A DNA stretch of 64,000 nucleotides from Octopus vulgaris (GCA_951406725.2 OX597822.1:5828001-5892000); one strand, 5' to 3'. Positions 13,727-27,045 are shown, counted from the first letter of the stretch. The notes: a model not told the origin generated them from the sequence alone. A program made the numbers and translations.

Positions 13727-14035
13727 CTTTCTTTTATTAGCCACACAGGGCTGAATACAGAGGGGACAAATACAAATGCAGAGCTTTTCTTTTCGAGGGT
13801 GGAAAAAAAATTTTAAAAAAATGTAAGATTGCGATCAAAAGGGATCGAGAGGAGGAAAAAAAAAGGGAAAAAAAAAGGAAAATCGTGTATCAGAAATAAT
13901 GGTGTAAACATTGATATAACAAGATTGGGTTCATCCGTGGGAAGAAAAGCCTACAGAAAAGACCACGGGAACCCCAGTCAGGGAGGAAATAAACACATGA
14001 GGTCAAAAATGCTCTCTTTCTTTCTTTTTTACGAT

Positions 14036-17000
14036 CTACAGGATCATGCTCAAAATGGTTTCGTTACTAGCACGCACCATCTTTGCAACATTCACCCATC
14101 TTTTATTGAATCTTTCGCGAGACAAAACTTCCTCTCCATTCTCACCTTCCTTTTCAAGTGGTACTTGAAAAAGTTGATGAGCGAATGGCCAGAGAGGTAA
14201 GTGTTTGTCTCTAATCCTTTCGCTCGAGTCCACCACACACATTCTTTCACCATGGCCACCAGTACGATGAAAACTGCCTTGCCTTCCCGGTTGAGGGAAG
14301 GGGGCGGAGCAATTCTCACGATAGACTCGGCCGATAGGCGGATTCGTCCCACACGTGACAGCAGCCGTTCGGCATAAGCCCACAGGTCGGAAATGGTTGG
14401 ACATTGCACGAGTGCGTGCAGAACGGTTTCGTCGCTCTGACCGCATCTCGGGCAAGTCGGTCCAGTGTGTCTGGAACCGTGTCTGTAGAGCTTATCCCGA
14501 ACAGGTAATGCTTCTCGATAGCACTGCCAGGCCAGGGATCTTTGGTGATTGTTCATAGGTCCCGGCCCGAAAGTTGTCCTGAACAGGCGGGTCAGGTGTT
14601 CCTCGTCGACGCCCAGACTCTGCCCGAGTTCGTCGTCGCACCTCCCCTCCACTAATCCTCTATAGAATGCCTTTGTTGTGATGGAGTCGCACAAGTTCGA
14701 TCCCGGACGGCAGAGTTGCTTGAGAGCAACGCGACACTCGCGGTGCCATTCGCCTAGCCTCGGTCTCTGCTTGATCCATGACTGTAGTTCGTCCAAGGAG
14801 ACGAGCTGCGGGAAAGCGCGCCGCACAAAAGGCGACCACCCCTGTTCACCGTTGTCTATGAAGCGCCGGAGATGTCGCAGTCTCAGCGCATGTCTGCGCA
14901 TCATCAACCACGGCATGCCCAGCCCTCCATTTAGCGGGTGTTGGCAGCAAATGGATCGCCTAACCATCGGAACGTTTCCCTTCCACAAGAAGCGGAAGAG
15001 TATGCGTTCCAGTTTGGTGATGGTAGGGTCGGGACAAGGCACGACGGTCAGACGATACTCGATGACGGATGCGATGTACGCGTTCGCCACCTCCGCCCGA
15101 CCTTTTAGGGATAGCTTTCTCTCAGTCCATTTCTGGGTGAGAGTAGCCACCCTAGTCGTTATCTCGCCCCAGTTCTTCTCCATTTGGAGGTCCGGACCGA
15201 ACCAGACCCCGAGCAATTTAACCGGTCCGTCCGTCCAGCGTCCCACGATGGAGACGCTGTTGGACGGCATGGGCTTGCTTCTCCAGGTGCCGAGCCGCAA
15301 GCCCACTGACTTTTCCCGGTTAATTTTTGCTCCCGTTACCGCTTCGTATTCTTTCAGTGTCTCGCCGACCAGCTCGATGTGCTCGTAGCTCGACACTATG
15401 ACGGTGACGTCATCCGCGTATGCAGACACGCTCCTCCCGCATCCCAGCTCTCGTGGGATGCCCCTCAGCGTCGCCAGTTTCCGCAGTAGTGGCTCAAGAG
15501 TCAGTACATACAGCAGCGATGAGAGGGGGCATCCCTGACGAACCGAACGCATGATGTTAAAAGGTCTGGATAGATGACCATTTACGCGAACTACTGAGCG
15601 GATGCCGCTGTATAAGGCAGCGATCCAACCGCGGAAAACTGGACCGAAACCAGCCGCTTTGAGGACAGCCTCCAAGTAGTGATGGTCTACCCTATCGAAG
15701 GCTTTTGATTGATCCAAATTGATCAGCGCCCCACCCATGCCAGGATTTTTAACTACCCTGTCTATGATGTAGCGCATCAGGTGGAGGTTGTCATGAATAC
15801 TTCTACCCGGCACGGCGCATGTTTGCGCCTTGTCGATTAGTTTCTTGATGACAAGCGCCAACCTCTCGGCTAACACCTTGGCCAAAATTTTCAAATCTGC
15901 GTTGAGCAGAGTGATGGGCCTGAAATTATCTATGACGTCCCCCTTGTTTGGGTCTTTCTTGATCAGTGCCACTGCTCCTCGCTTTACAAAAGCAGGAATA
16001 CTCCCGTTCTGCTGCCAGTTGCAGTAGACAGCTGCCAAGACGCCTCCAAACAAGTCTGGCATATGAAAATAAAATTCGTAGGGCAGACCATCCAAGCCTG
16101 GTGACTTGTCTCTCGCGCAGCCTACCATCGCATCCTGTACGTCCGCAGCTGTGATAGGCTTTTCACAAGACTCCACCTCCCTTGCTGAGAGTCGTGGCAA
16201 GGCATGCAGGTAGGCACTAAAGTCCACTCTGCTTTCTGTCTCACCACTTGTCCCAAACAGTTGGGTGAAGTGTTGTTGAAAAACCCCACACATCCTTTTA
16301 GGCTCGAGCAATTCGCGCCCCTGTTCATCTATAAGAGACTTGATGGTGGCTCTGTTGCCTCGTTGCGTCTCCACCACTCGGGCCTCTTGGGCGGCTCCAA
16401 CTCCTTCGTTCCTCAGAGCACGCATCCTAGCTCTGACAACGCATCCCTCGTGTTTGGCGTTGAGGTGTTGGTCGAGGGCCAATCTCGCCGCCAGTACGTT
16501 GGACGCGATGCCAGTTCTAAGTGCCTCTTCTAAAACCTTAACTAAATCTCCCTCTATTCTATTTCGGTCTAATGCTAGGGCTCTACTGTATCTGACTGAT
16601 TCTGCTTTAATCGCTTTTTTAGGGCATACCACCATCTGTTGTTGATGATGGTACCCGTCAAAGCTCTCTTAACTAATGTGCTGATCCGGTCCCTGTAAAC
16701 CTGTCGTGCTGTAAAAGACGCGTTCAGTTTCCAGTAACCAGGACCCTGCCTATGTGTCTTATCTAAGTCAAGTGTACAAGTCACAAACTTGTGATCTGTG
16801 TAACTGACTATATGAAATTGTGGACAACCTACACTATTTTTATCTATTGTCCTACAGAATACTCTATCTAAGTATGATCTGGACGACCCGATGCGGTTAC
16901 TCCATGTCCACATTGGCACATTCGGGTGGTCCAGTCGGTACCTGTCAGACAGTTGGAAACGTCTGAGCAGGTCTTTGAGGCATTTGCATCCCCTTCTATT

Positions 17001-17489
17001 GCTATCTCTGCCCACGTAGTCTAGATGCGTGTCCAGGGTGGCATTCCAATCCCCCACTAAAAGTAAAGGACGAGACGTTCCCATGAAAGACTCTAGACGT
17101 CGAAAGAAATCTGGTCGGCCTGTTAAGGACGGAGCATAAACTGCTATCAGTCGAAAAGCACACTCATTGCTGCCATCGACATCTAAAACGACCAGCCTAC
17201 CCTCCGGGTCTAGGAAATTTGCTCTTACTTTGAGATCCAGACTCTTCCGGATAAGCACCGCGGTGCCACCTCCGCCCATTCTCGGTAGACACGGAGAAAA
17301 ATAAATGTTGAAATGTGTACCGAAAATGTGCTGGAGTGCCCGCAAGCTGTGGAGTCTGGTCTCACTGATGGCTATGATATTCAGATTTAGTGACTTGATG
17401 TCATTTAACAGGTAGCCTTGTTTCCAAGGCGACCCCAAGCCACGTACATTTATACTACCTATTCTGAGCATGTTCCGATAAAAGTGCAA
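14036..17489 (-). CDS. Element 2 ORF2: APE + RT + Zn finger (frameshifts near 16617 and 14131)
   Basis: 304-aa APE ORF + 847-aa RT ORF + terminal piece REVLSRERFNKRWVNVAKMV. Motifs QGCPLS, YADD, CPRC..H..C. Confidence 0.93.
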
Positions 17490-19491
17490 AAAAGGAAAAG
17501 GAGAGAGAAAAGGTTACTTGTTTTTCCGAAAGTTCTTTGTCTTTCACCTCACGGTCTTCTTCTATGAGGCTTTTATACAGTTTTTTTGATGAGTACTTTT
17601 GAAATCTCCCTACTGCATCAGGGTAAAGAGATTTCAGGGTGCTGTATGTGTTCTGTGTCACGTGTATTATTTTAATGTGTTGTGGTGGTGTTGTGTGTGG
17701 GTGGTTACTTGTTTTTATGTCGTTTTCAGTAATGTTAGTGTTTGACCTAATGTGTTCCATTAGGTCGTGGTTGTTTGTGTTAATGGCTGTCAACATTTTT
17801 GGGGGGTTTGATGATGGTGTGTTTGTGCTGATGTGTGTGTTTTCTGTGGATGTTTTTGTTTCGGGAGTGGTGTATCTTCCCGCTTTGTTTGTTATTTTTT
17901 CTTTTCTTTTTTTCCCCTTTTTCTTCTCCCCCCTGTGGCTATTTGCCAATCTTCCGTGTCTTCTTCGTCTAATGACAGATCGGACGAATCGGAGTCTGGA
18001 AGAGGGAAAGTATTGGGGTCTATTGTCGACTGTGTTGGTTTTGTTGTTGGTGTTGGTTGGTGAGCGTTTGGTTGTGGTGTATGCGGTTTTGGATGTGGGG
18101 TTTGGGTATTTTGTGTTTGAGTGATTGTGGGTATTGTTGTGTTGTTTAGGGTCTCAATTTTGTGGGGATTTGGAGTTGTAATTGTTTCTTCATTTTTGCT
18201 GGGTGTCTTTTTGGCAGATGTCCTTGGTTTGGGAGTTGGTATATTCTTGGTTGTTGTTGTTGTTGGTGATGCTGCTTCTGTTCTTGGTGCTGCAGTTGGT
18301 GTGGTTGTTTGTTTGGTGAGGTTTGTTCCTGCAAAAAGTGGTGTGGGTAGTAAACCTTGTTTATTTGTTTTTATTTCCGGCTGCTGTTGTTGTTGCTGTT
18401 GTTTTCTTGCGGCAGATTTGCAGTCTTTTTTGAGATGTTGCTCACTGCCGCATATGTAGCAACGTGGTCTTCTGCCATCGACGACCACATATAACTTGTG
18501 GTCGTCTGATACACATATCTGGGTGGGTATTTTTTTTTATATCTTCATGATGTATATGTAGAAGAAATTCTATTTTTTTTCCCACCCAGTTTTTATGCTC
18601 TGTGACTGTGGTTTCCAAAATAGTATAATTCGCCATTTTTATGCATAAGGCCTTTACAAGCCATAGACTATTGGCTATTTTGGGGACATTGTTTAGAGTG
18701 ATCTTAGTCACTTTCTGTCCCCGATAGCTTGGTGTAAGTTGGAGTTCATCTGAGTGAAGAGTTAGCGTTGAGAAATGTCTAGCTAACTCTTCGGTGTAGA
18801 AAACAACTTGTATGTGGGCAAATTTGTTCCACCAGGTTACATATTCTTTGTGATCCCAGATGGGTTTCAAGCACTTCTCTATTTTGCTTGTGTTGGCCTT
18901 CTCTGGGATTTTTGTTTTTTTGTTAACTATTTTATAAATGATTGTTCGTCTTTTTTCATTTTCCAAAATATCTTCTGGTATGTTTATTTTTACTATACCT
19001 TCTGATTCTGTTATTTTGATGTTCGTGTCCTGTATTTGTTGAGCCGTGAAGTATATTGTTGTTTTTTTTTCTTTAATCGCCTCAGCGAAATTTGTTGTTG
19101 TTTTGTTATTGTTGTTGCTTGTGGTGATGTTGTTGTTGGCTGCCGTTTGTAAAATTGGTGTGTTTGGTTCGATCGTGCAAGTAGGAAGGGGTGGAAAATT
19201 GCCTGCGTACTTTAGTCCTGCACTAGGGCAAATTTCGACATTTCGTTTGCTTGTCGTCGTTATTTTTTCACTTGTTGGTGATGGAGTGAGCAGTGGTTGA
19301 AGGGAATTGTTGTTGTCGTCGTTGTTGTTGTTGTTGTTGTTGTTATTGTCGTTCTTGGTGACGGCGGTGGTGTTGGTAGTATTAGTAGCATTGACGGCAC
19401 GGTCTTTGGTGGCGGTGATGGTGATGTTGGTGTTGTTGTTGGTGGCGATATCTTTAGTAGGGATAGCAGTTTTAGTAGCAGATTCTGCCAT
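17455..19491 (-). CDS. Element 2 ORF1 (Thr/Asn-rich N-terminus, CCHC knuckle, conserved C-terminal domain), two frameshifts
   Basis: Pieces 18442-19491, 17892-18488 and 17455-17949. Knuckle CYICGSEQHLKKDC. An in-frame upstream ATG near 19680 is separated by one TAG. Confidence 0.82.
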
Positions 19492-19897
19492 GGTGTTGGT
19501 GGTGGTGGTGGACTCACTGATGGTGTTGACGGTGCTTGGCCTTGCGACCTTTGTTTTGTATTTGTTGCTGTTGATGGTGGTGGAGTTGTCAGGTTCGGCG
19601 TATGCTAACAGAGCATCCTATTTTTCTGTTTGTGCGTCACGCTTGACTTGCAACTCAGCCTCGTGGTGGCCAGTGGCCATTTTGGAAATAAAATGGCTAA
19701 ATGAAACCACGAAGGCTATGAGAATTTTTTCTTTTAAATTTTGCCCACAAGGGGCAAAATTTTGTGTCGATATTTATCAAAGGTTTACAGTGGATGTTGT
19801 TACACAACTTTTAAGCACAAAATGTTTGTCAATATACACTTTTAAATAGTCAAAATAAATGATTACCTTCGGAGCTGAAACGACATCACATCCGTCA

Positions 19898-20212
<315 letters not shown>

Positions 20213-21520
20213 AGCAAACACTGATGGAGGAATTAATTGTATATATTTGATAAATTGTTGATCAGAAGCGCAACGCTAAAAAGGAACGGAGATATTACAA
20301 GGAAGTCTTTTATTTATCACTGAGGAAACAATGAATGATGTGACTGATTGAGTAAATCATTCAACAACGGGAGGAGGAGGAAATTAGTTGAAAGAAGACA
20401 CTCATTTATTCAACAGAAAAACTCTATAAATCAGGCCTCAACACATTACTACTTTCACATCAAAAAGAACGCTAATGAGTTATAGCCCCTTGCTTGACTC
20501 AGTTTCCTCGATGACAAATAATGTTAGTATTAGCTTATAACTGAGTGGCAAGCAGAAATGGAAGCTGTGTAGTTTAGAAATATAAAATTTCACAAACATC
20601 AATGTCATCATCATCTTCTTTTTTTCTCCTCCTCCCCTCCCTCCCCTCTCTATTCCCTCTCCTACTCAAAGACACACACTTCTCTTCCCCTGCACAAAGA
20701 CACACACACACACACACATATATATATACATATACTTAACGGTTTGGCAAAAGAGAGGGATAGAATAAGTACTGGTCTTACAAAGAATAAGTCTCGGGGT
20801 CGATTTGCTCGACTGAAGGCGGTGCTCCAGCATGGCCATAGTCAAATGACTGAAACAAATAAAAGAGTAAAAGAGTAAAGAGTATATATATATATATATA
20901 TATATACATATATATGACTGGCTTCTTTCAGTTTCTATCTACCAAATCCATTCACAAGGCCTTTGGTTGGCTCGAGGCTATAGTAAAAGACACTTGCTCA
21001 GGGTGCCACGCTGTGGGGGCTGAATCTGGAATCATGTGGTTGGGAAGCAAGCTTCTTACCACACAGCCACATCTGCACCTTATATATGTGTGTGTGTAGG
21101 AAGGGCATCCAGCTGTAGAAACTCTGCCAGATCAGACTGGAGCCTGGTGCAGCCCCTGGCTTCCCAGACCCCGGTTGAACCGTCCAACCCATGCTAGCGC
21201 GGAAAACGGACGTTAAACGATGATGATGATGATGATATGTCTAAACACACACATACACACATATATATATGTATGTATATATATATATATATAAATATAT
21301 ATATATATACACATATATGTGTATGTGTGTATAAAGCATATGCAGTAATGTACAAATGTCTGGAAAGCGAACAGTGTATAGTCAGATACATGCTTGTGTG
21401 TGTATGGAGGGGAGAAAATCAGGTGTAGTGTTGGCGAATCTCAGGAAGCATGGAAGTTTTGAAGGATGCAGTGCTCCGACAACTAACAACTGATGCTGGC
21501 AGCTTGTTCTATGTATATAT

Positions 21521-21823
21521 ATCACGTGATCACGTGACCGACCAGACCATCAGATGTTGTTACTCATCGCTGGTCACAATGCGTTCGCATTGTTTTAGCC
21601 TTCGAATGATGCCACCCCGCTGGCTAAGCGAGCAGGCCAACAGAAGAAAGAGTGAGAGAAAGAGTGGTGAAAGAGTACAGCAGGGATCACCACTCCCTGC
21701 CGGAGCCTCGTGGAGCTTTTAGGTGTTTTTGCTCAATAAACACTCACAATGCCCGGTCTGGGAACTGAAACCGCGATCCTACGACCGCGAGTCCGCTGCC
21801 CTAACCACTGGGCCATTGAGCCT

Positions 21824-21826
<3 letters not shown>
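21521..21826 (-). mobile_element. tRNA-derived SINE, family D (ATCACGTG tail)
   Basis: Reverse strand TGGAGGCTCAATGGCCCAGTGGTTAGGGCAGCGGAC. Second copy at 41742-42044. Confidence 0.8.
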
Positions 21827-21889
<63 letters not shown>

Positions 21890-22352
21890 GTATGTATGCA
21901 TGTATGTATATATGTATACGTATACACACACACACATACACACATATATAAAAATATATACATGTCTAGCTCCCACTCCCCAATCCTATCCTCATAGCTC
22001 TGTTTGTCTGTATCATTGCTATCCAGTGGCACCCCAACTCTGTATATACCCAGGTTTTTGCCACCTCCCCCTCTGCACTCTTTAATCACACTTCCTTCAC
22101 AATATCTTGCCACTTATATTATGGCGTTTTGAACCTCAAGGCTATTCCCTGGCACTTTCCACCGACTATATCTCTCTCTTCCTTCACTCATGTATCCCAT
22201 TTATATTCTGATCCCGTCCCTTGTGTGTAAGCCTGTCATTTTGCCACCATCTCTATCCTGCTGTTTCCCAATCTCTCTCCTCCTGCACTTTCCTCAGGTT
22301 GGGTAACCATGTATTTCTTTGCTGCAGAGCACTTGTTTTTGTCTCCATTCCT

Positions 22353-22423
<71 letters not shown>

Positions 22424-23137
22424 CCGGGTACCTTGTACTTCCTCCACAGTAAGACACCTGTTTCTGTCTCTCTGTCTCACTATAACCTTTCATCATTCGA
22501 CACAAGATCGCCTCCTCCAATGCCCCCTACCCTCTTGAAAGTTTTTATTTTGTCTTGCAAGTACTTGGTGACCCTTAAAAGCATCCAGTCCACACTGTAA
22601 AGTGGTTGGTGTTTGGAAATGCATCCAGTTGTAAAAACCTTGCCAAAACTGACCTCACTTGTGCTTGTGCTGCATAAGAAGCACTAAGTCCACTTTGCTG
22701 AGTGGTTGGTGTTAGGAAGGGCATCCAGTTGTAAAAATCCTGCCAAAACAGTCACAGAAGCCTGGTGCAGACTTCTGCCTGGCCAGCTCTTGTGAAACCG
22801 TTCCACCCATGCTAGCATGGAAAATGGATGTTAAACAATGAGGATGATATACGCACACACACACACACACACAAACACACAAACACACGTCTATATACAT
22901 ATATATATAAAAGTATCAGCTTTCTTGCCATCATCAAACAAACTGATGCTGGTGAGCAAACCAACACTTTGAAGTCACTATCAACCTCTTATGTGTAAAA
23001 CTTAATGAATATGTACTCTGCTAAAAGTGTTCAGTTTAATGCTAAATTGTTTATTTATATAACATGACAAAACTAAACATCAATATATGTATATATATAA
23101 ATGTATATATGGTGAAGAAATTATATGCATACACACA

Positions 23138-23188
23138 TCATCATCATTATCAACACCATCACTGTCATCCTCACCGTCATCATCATCG

Positions 23189-23244
<56 letters not shown>

Positions 23245-23311
23245 GTCGTCGTCGTCGTCGTCGTCGTCATCATCATCATCATCATCATCATCGTCATCAT
23301 CGTCGTCGTCG

Positions 23312-23358
<47 letters not shown>

Positions 23359-23374
23359 GTCGTTGTCGTCGTCG

Positions 23375-23406
<32 letters not shown>

Positions 23407-23416
23407 GTCGTCGTCG

Positions 23417-23469
<53 letters not shown>

Positions 23470-23546
23470 GTCATCATCATCATCGTCATCATCATCATCA
23501 TCATCATCATCGTTGTCGTTATTGTCATCAGCATCACCATCATCAT
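23138..23546. repeat. (CAT/CGT)n microsatellite
   Basis: Direct inspection. Source of the poly-H/D/S/M ORFs. Confidence 0.95.
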
Positions 23547-24167
23547 TGAATGTCCACTTTTCCATGTTTGCATAGGTCTGATGGAGATCTTTGAGGGAGA
23601 TTTTTCTGCAGCAGCATGTTCTTCCTCTTGCCAACCCACACCTGTTTCTAAGTAAGGGTATATTTCCTTGTGGCAAGACACAATCTGGCAGAATATTAGC
23701 AATGAACGACACTGCTTGTATGACAGTGACACTCCTTTACAACTATCATGCATTATCAAGACTAGGAGACACAAGTGTGCACACACTTGCATAAGCACAC
23801 ACACGCCCATGTGCACACACACACAGAGACCCCCCCCCACACATACACAATGGGCTTCTTTCAGTTTCCATCTACTAAATCCACTCACAAAGCATTGGTC
23901 ATGTCAGTACTATAGTAGAAGACACTTGCTTGTAGTATGCTGTGGGACCCCAGGGCCAAGTGGTTGAGAAGCAAATTTCTTACCACTCAGCCACACCTGC
24001 ATCTCTCTGATAGTTTTATAGAGAAGAGGTAAGTTACGTGAGCAAATGAAACACTCAGTTTTGTGGTCATTCTGTCTTCATTGTGCGATATGTTTTCTTT
24101 GCATTTCAAACTTAAAACATGGTCCTTATTTTAAAGGAAGACGCAGTTTCATTGAAGGGGATTTTCT

Positions 24168-24600
24168 CTTTTACTCTTTTATTTGTTTCAGTCATTTAAC
24201 TTCGGCCATGCTGGAGCACCGCCTTTAGTCGAGCAAATCGACCCCAGGACTTATTCTTTGTAAGCCTAGTGCTTATTCTATTGGTCTCTTTTCCCAAACC
24301 ACTAAGTTACGGGGACATAAACACACCAGTGTCGGTTGTCAAGCGATGTTGAGGGGACAAACACAAACACACAAATGTATACACACACATACATATACAT
24401 ATATACGACAGGCTTCCTTCAGTTTCCATCTACCAAATCCACTCACTCCTTCAGTTTCCATCTACCAAATCCACTCACAAAGCCCCGGTCTGCCCGAGGC
24501 TATAGTAGAAGACACCTGCCCAAGGCGCCATACAGTGGGAATGAACCCAGAACCATGTGGTTGGTAAGCAAGCTACTTACCAAACAGCCATTCCTGTGCC
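24168..24600 (-). mobile_element. SINE family A with a small internal duplication
   Basis: Family match. CTTCAGTTTCCATCTACCAAATCCACTCAC is repeated twice. Confidence 0.8.
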
Positions 24601-25983
24601 TGCAGGAGTTCTTCTCATTCTTAAACTTTCCTTAATAAACTGAAATGAATTAGAATTAATGTTGATGTTATTGTGTATGCTCATGTCACCTCTGATTGAT
24701 CGGAACCGTGGCCTGCACGAAGTTAATTGAAAAACAAGTTGTAATCCACATGTATAATGTTCCAGATGTTTGTTCATAGGTAATGTATCAATTACCTAAG
24801 CTAGCAGTGAACCCTGCTGGATATTCCAGCATATGTTGGTTAGTAATCCTTCCTACTAAAGACACAAGGCCTGAAATTTGGTAGGAAGAGGAATAATCAA
24901 TTATATTGACCCCAGTGCTCAACTGGTACTTACTTTATTGACCCTGAAAGGATGAAAGGCAAAATTGACCTTGGTGGAATTTGAACTCAATTTAAAGATA
25001 GGTCCAGGTGTAGCAGTGTGGTAAGAAGTTTGCTTCACAACCACATGGTTCCAGGTTCAGTCCCACTGTATGGCACCTTGGGCAAGTGTCTTCTACTATA
25101 GTCTTGGACCGACCAAAGCCTTCTGAGTGGATTTGGTAGACAGAAACTGAAAAAAGCCTGACACATATATGTGTATTCTAGGATGGAAAACGGACCTTAA
25201 AGGATGATGAATATGATGATGCTGATGAAGATGATGTCTTTGTGTCTGTGTTTTCCCCCTACCGCCACTTGCCAACAGGTGTTGGTGTGTTTACATCCCC
25301 TTAGCTTAGTAGTTTAGTAAAAGACACTAATATAGTAGGTACCAAACTTAAAAAGTAAATAAGTATCAGGGTCAATTAGTTTGGCTATAATTCGTCAAGG
25401 TAGTGCCCCAGGATGGCCACAGTCTAATGATTGAAACATGTAAAAGATAAAACACAAAAGATGAGCAAAATACTGCTGTGCATTTTGTCCTGTGTGCTAA
25501 TGATTCTGCCAGTTTGGCATCTCTATTGTGGTTAATAATATGAGTTGGAATTTGAACATGTAATGTTTTACTTAATGTCCAATTTTTTTTTTGGGTCTGT
25601 TGTTGTTATTGATTACTTCTTGCTTCCAGGTAAACTCTGATGAAGTAGACTTATAATCTAAAGGCACCTTAGCTGAGTCCCAAACTCAGCATGGTAAAAC
25701 CATATTATTCAATGTCTTGTGTTCTTCCTTTTATTTTTTTCTTTATGATTCCAGCCTATCCAAGATAACAAAAGACAAATTTCTTTTTTAAAATTGATCT
25801 AAATTAAAATCCTCCTTCAAAATTTCATTCAAGTTATATTCCCAACACCAGATTCAGAATGACAAAGTCGCCAGTGGTACGTAAAAGACAACATGTGAGC
25901 GAGGGTGTTGCCAGTGCCTCTGGACTGGCTCCTGTGCAGGTGACACGTAAAAACACCATTTGAGTGTGGCTGTTGCCAGTGCC

Positions 25984-26209
25984 TATTTCTTTACTACCCA
26001 CAAGGGGCTAAACACAGAGGGGACAAACAAGGACATACAAACGGATTAAGTCGATTATATCGACCCCAGTGTATAACTGGTACTTAATTTATCGACCCTG
26101 AAAGGATGAAAGGCAAAGTCGGCGGAATTTGAACTCAGAACGTAACGGCAGACGAAATACGGCTACGCATTTCGCCCGGTGTGCTTACGATTCTGCCAGC
26201 TCGCCGCCT
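25984..26209 (-). mobile_element. SINE family C nested in an RTE-tail-type repeat (25868-26405)
   Basis: Full head GGCGGCGAGCTGGCAGAA to tail AAAGAAATA. The host ends in (GAT)n. Confidence 0.85.
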
Positions 26210-26609
26210 TGACTGGCCCCTGTGCCAGTGGCATGTAAAAGCACCCACTACACTCTCAGAGTGGTTGGCGTTAGGAAGGGCATCAAGCTGTAGAAACTCC
26301 GCCAGATCAGATTGAAGCCTGGTGCAGCCACCTGGCTCACCAGTCCCCAGTCAAACCGTCCAACCCATGCCAGCATGGAAAATGGACGTTAAACGATGAT
26401 GATGGACGGCATTTCAACAAAGAATGTTAAAAAATTCGTTAATGTAGTGTGCAATGAGAAGGTGGCTTGGCTGCTGTTTCTTTCGGGTTGAATGAGTACA
26501 TAAAACCTTTCTCATTGACTCACTCTCTCCACGGCTGAGTTTGTTTCATATGTTTGTTGTGTGTCTGTAGATTATAAAAACAGCCACAGAGGAGACAGGT
26601 AAGAAGATA

Positions 26610-26803
26610 GGTAAGTTCCTGACTTTAAGGGTATCATGAAAGTCCTGGCCTTCCGAGTTCTTTTACATGACTTAGAAAAATTGAAGAACTGCTCCAATAA
26701 GTGTGTGAATCTGAGAGGGGAATATATTGAATAGAATCATAATTAACTGATCTTCCTGTATTTATTTTTGCACAAAGTCAGGAACTTTTCAGCACCTCCT
26801 TAT
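26610..26803 (+). mobile_element. mariner-derived MITE remnant (paralog at 27569-27790)
   Basis: Shared AATAAGTGTGTGAATCTGAGAGGGGAATAT (transposase C-terminal KCVNLRGEY) and GAACTTTTCAG terminus. Confidence 0.6.
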
Positions 26804-27045
26804 ATATTATATTTATATATATATATATAAAATTTAATAAGGGTAGAAATTGATATTAATCACTTAAAACCAGTGGCCCAGCATATTAAAAAAATCCGAA
26901 GATTAAAATATTTTTACATACAAAATTTAAAGGAATGACCATTTGAAAGATACACAAAAATATAATTGGTTGGACTCCATGCATGCGAGACTCCGGTCAA
27001 ACGTTTTTGCATCTAGTCCTGCAAATTGTATTTCTATATGACAGA

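Larger units (their letters stand above)
13726..19897 (-). mobile_element. Full-length Tx1-clade non-LTR retrotransposon, element 2 (~6.2 kb), a distinct subfamily from element 1
   Basis: Same architecture. 3' end AGCCCTGTGTGGCTAATAAAAGAAAGT joined to TATC repeats. Shares a 5' block with element 1. Confidence 0.92.

Noticed and set aside
14678-15388. 236-aa antisense ORF conserved with 8497-9348
   Set aside because: Shadow of the GC-rich RT coding strand; the conservation is explained by ORF2.
23064-23888. Poly-His/Asp/Ser/Met ORFs
   Set aside because: Artefacts of the (CAT/CGT)n repeat.
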